Shown here piece by piece: positions 62,368 to 64,000 of a stretch of 64,000 bases of DNA; within the stretch, counting starts at the first letter, position 1, and each line of letters starts with the position of its first letter. The notes under the pieces were generated by a model, which saw only the letters and a program-made list of their open reading frames with translations, had not been told where the DNA came from and ran no database searches. The position numbers were made by a program, and so were the translations under genes. Location of the stretch: sequence record MN850619.1; one strand, 5' to 3'. The DNA comes from Escherichia phage finno.

Positions 62368-62659
62368 GGTTTTTGACCCTTATGCCCCACAAGATGATTG
62401 GGAGGCTGATAGAGAGGCTGAAATGGAGAGTTATATTTGTCCAATGGATGTAGACGAGATGAGAGATTTCGTTGCACATCGTTTTAAGAGAGAGATTAAA
62501 TCCAGAGGTCTTTCTCAAGAGCAAGTTGCTAAAATTTGTGGTATCTCTCAAGCTCGTGTATCCAACATAATCCACCTCACTGGGAATGTCTCTCTTGAGT
62601 ATATGTTGGGAGTCTGTGAAAAATTTGGTGTTAATTTTAATTTAAGGTTGGCAGATTAA
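62330..62659 (+). CDS. Putative helix-turn-helix DNA-binding protein
   Basis: 109 aa; LSQEQVAKICGISQARVSNI resembles an XRE-type HTH. Confidence 0.45.
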   Translation: MTLHANGRRKMNEVFDPYAPQDDWEADREAEMESYICPMDVDEMRDFVAHRFKREIKSRGLSQEQVAKICGISQARVSNIIHLTGNVSLEYMLGVCEKFGVNFNLRLAD

Positions 62660-62660
62660 T

Positions 62661-63020
62661 ATGAAACGTGAAAACATTATCCACTCTGAAAACTTTGCAT
62701 TAGGCTTTTATGGTGTGCCTACTCACCTTGAGAAGTATTATGGTGTAAAGATTCTTTCCAATCTCATTATGGCTTACAAAGATGGTAAGATTAAGCATAC
62801 TGAGAAGAAACGTGTCATGGGCTATATGGCTGTAGGTTCAGCAATCTCGAACATTAAGTTGGAAACAACTAGCAGTCAGATTGTAAAAGACCACTTCATC
62901 AAAGAGCTTTACCAAAATCTTGATGGTGTAGATGTTCAGGCTGTTTGGCTGGATGTTGATGGTCACAACTACACAAGTTTTGTTTTCAAAAACGATGACA
63001 TTAAGTGCTTGTTCCCATAA
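62661..63020 (+). CDS. Hypothetical protein
   Basis: 119 aa ORF. Confidence 0.5.
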   Translation: MKRENIIHSENFALGFYGVPTHLEKYYGVKILSNLIMAYKDGKIKHTEKKRVMGYMAVGSAISNIKLETTSSQIVKDHFIKELYQNLDGVDVQAVWLDVDGHNYTSFVFKNDDIKCLFP

Positions 63021-63033
63021 TAGGTGATTAACT

Positions 63034-63549
63034 ATGATTGATATCTTCTTACAAGATGCTCATGCAGATTTCCTTAAAGAGATACTTAAAAAGTTTATGG
63101 CTTCACAGTATGAGAATGAAGCATCTTTTAAAATAGTTATATGTGGCGATGAAGCTGGTTTTGTTGAGATTGAGCATGAAGGTACTGGAAAGACTGTTTG
63201 TAAGTTACCTGATAGTATGTTCTCTAAAACGTTCTTAACAAAGACTAGTATAAATGTTAAGCTTGTACCGCAGATTGAAACATACTCTGGTACAGATTAC
63301 CCTAAAGGTTTCAAGTCACTAATGAAGTATTTCTTAGATGACTTTGTGAGTAATCTTCTGAGGGAGGTAAAAGAAAGTCGTACAGTGTTAACTGTAGAGA
63401 ATACAGGAGGCACTATAAGGGTTACTTCTGACTGTTTTGTTATGAGCCTCTTCGACTTCGTTCCTAAGAACTTTGATGGTATTCTGGATGAAGAAGATGA
63501 CTGTGTAGACTTTATATTGGTTCTTGAGCCAGTTTTTGAGGTTAAGTAA
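63034..63549 (+). CDS. Hypothetical protein
   Basis: 171 aa ORF. Confidence 0.5.
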   Translation: MIDIFLQDAHADFLKEILKKFMASQYENEASFKIVICGDEAGFVEIEHEGTGKTVCKLPDSMFSKTFLTKTSINVKLVPQIETYSGTDYPKGFKSLMKYFLDDFVSNLLREVKESRTVLTVENTGGTIRVTSDCFVMSLFDFVPKNFDGILDEEDDCVDFILVLEPVFEVK

Positions 63550-63810
63550 ATGAAAATTGAACACTGCTATGAGTCTGATGGAACACCTATCCGATGTCCA
63601 CATTGTGGATGTACAGACTTGCAAGGTGAAGTTCATGTGATTGTTAATGGTCATATAGCTGAAGAGAGTACGACATGTGTTGGTTGTGGTGAGCATATAT
63701 CATTCTGGGCTTATGGTTCATACCAACCCACACCACACTTAATCTACCATAGCAATAAAGCTGTGAAGAATGTTATCAACTGGTTTATTAAGAAAGGATT
63801 TACAAAATGA
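63550..63810 (+). CDS. Hypothetical zinc-ribbon protein
   Basis: 86 aa; CPHCGC...CVGCGEH. Confidence 0.45.
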   Translation: MKIEHCYESDGTPIRCPHCGCTDLQGEVHVIVNGHIAEESTTCVGCGEHISFWAYGSYQPTPHLIYHSNKAVKNVINWFIKKGFTK

Positions 63811-64000
63811 TTAAATTAATCTTTGCAAGTGGTGAAAATGGGGAGTTTGGTACTCCAACTGGTATGCCGTGGCCTCAACATAAGGAAGACATGCAAGAGT
63901 TTAAGAGACTCACTAAAGACAACTTAGTAGTAATGGGTAACGAGACTTTCAAGACTCTGGGAAGTAAACCTTTACCTGAACGTGAAAACCTTATCTTAAC
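63808..64000 (+). CDS. frd: Dihydrofolate reductase (N-terminal part; continues past window end)
   Basis: MIKLIFASGENGEFGTPTGMPWPQHKEDMQEFKRLTKDNLVVMGNETFKTL matches the DHFR N-terminal NADPH/folate-binding region. Confidence 0.8.

Overview
This window reads as a segment of a large virulent tailed dsDNA phage genome (AT-rich, densely coded, no host-like genes). From left to right it contains: the near-complete large terminase gene (minus strand, running off the window start); a cluster of about 27 minus-strand tRNA genes (1.8-6.8 kb) interleaved with two ORFs and short repeated elements; a vWA-domain protein; a plus-strand block (9.1-16.8 kb) including a GH24 endolysin and an Ig-like repeat protein; a 1.5 kb ORF-free region packed with TAACA(R) motifs; an array of about 16 small minus-strand genes (18.4-24.9 kb), each preceded by a member of a repeated promoter/leader element family; and a long minus-strand early/metabolic block (25.4-56.0 kb). 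That block encodes a macro-domain protein, a candidate overlapped spanin pair, a HAD-like hydrolase, rIIB and rIIA, an adjacent NAMPT-like plus PRPP-synthetase-like pair, four tandem paralogs of unknown function, HNH and GIY-YIG endonucleases, NrdG, NrdD, a glutaredoxin-like protein, NrdB, NrdA, a flap endonuclease, an SSB-like protein, a primase-helicase and a dNMP kinase. The right end is a plus-strand block with a family-A DNA polymerase, an ATP-dependent ligase, several small proteins and the start of dihydrofolate reductase. The most interesting candidate system is the NAMPT-like/Prs-like pair, which matches the architecture of phage NAD+ reconstitution (anti-defence) pathways; the nearby macro-domain protein, the four-paralog array, the TAACA repeat region and the promoter-equipped small-gene array also merit follow-up. 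All calls rest on reading the sequence and the ORF translations by eye; no searches were run, tRNA coordinates are approximate (about +/-3 nt) and anticodons are tentative.
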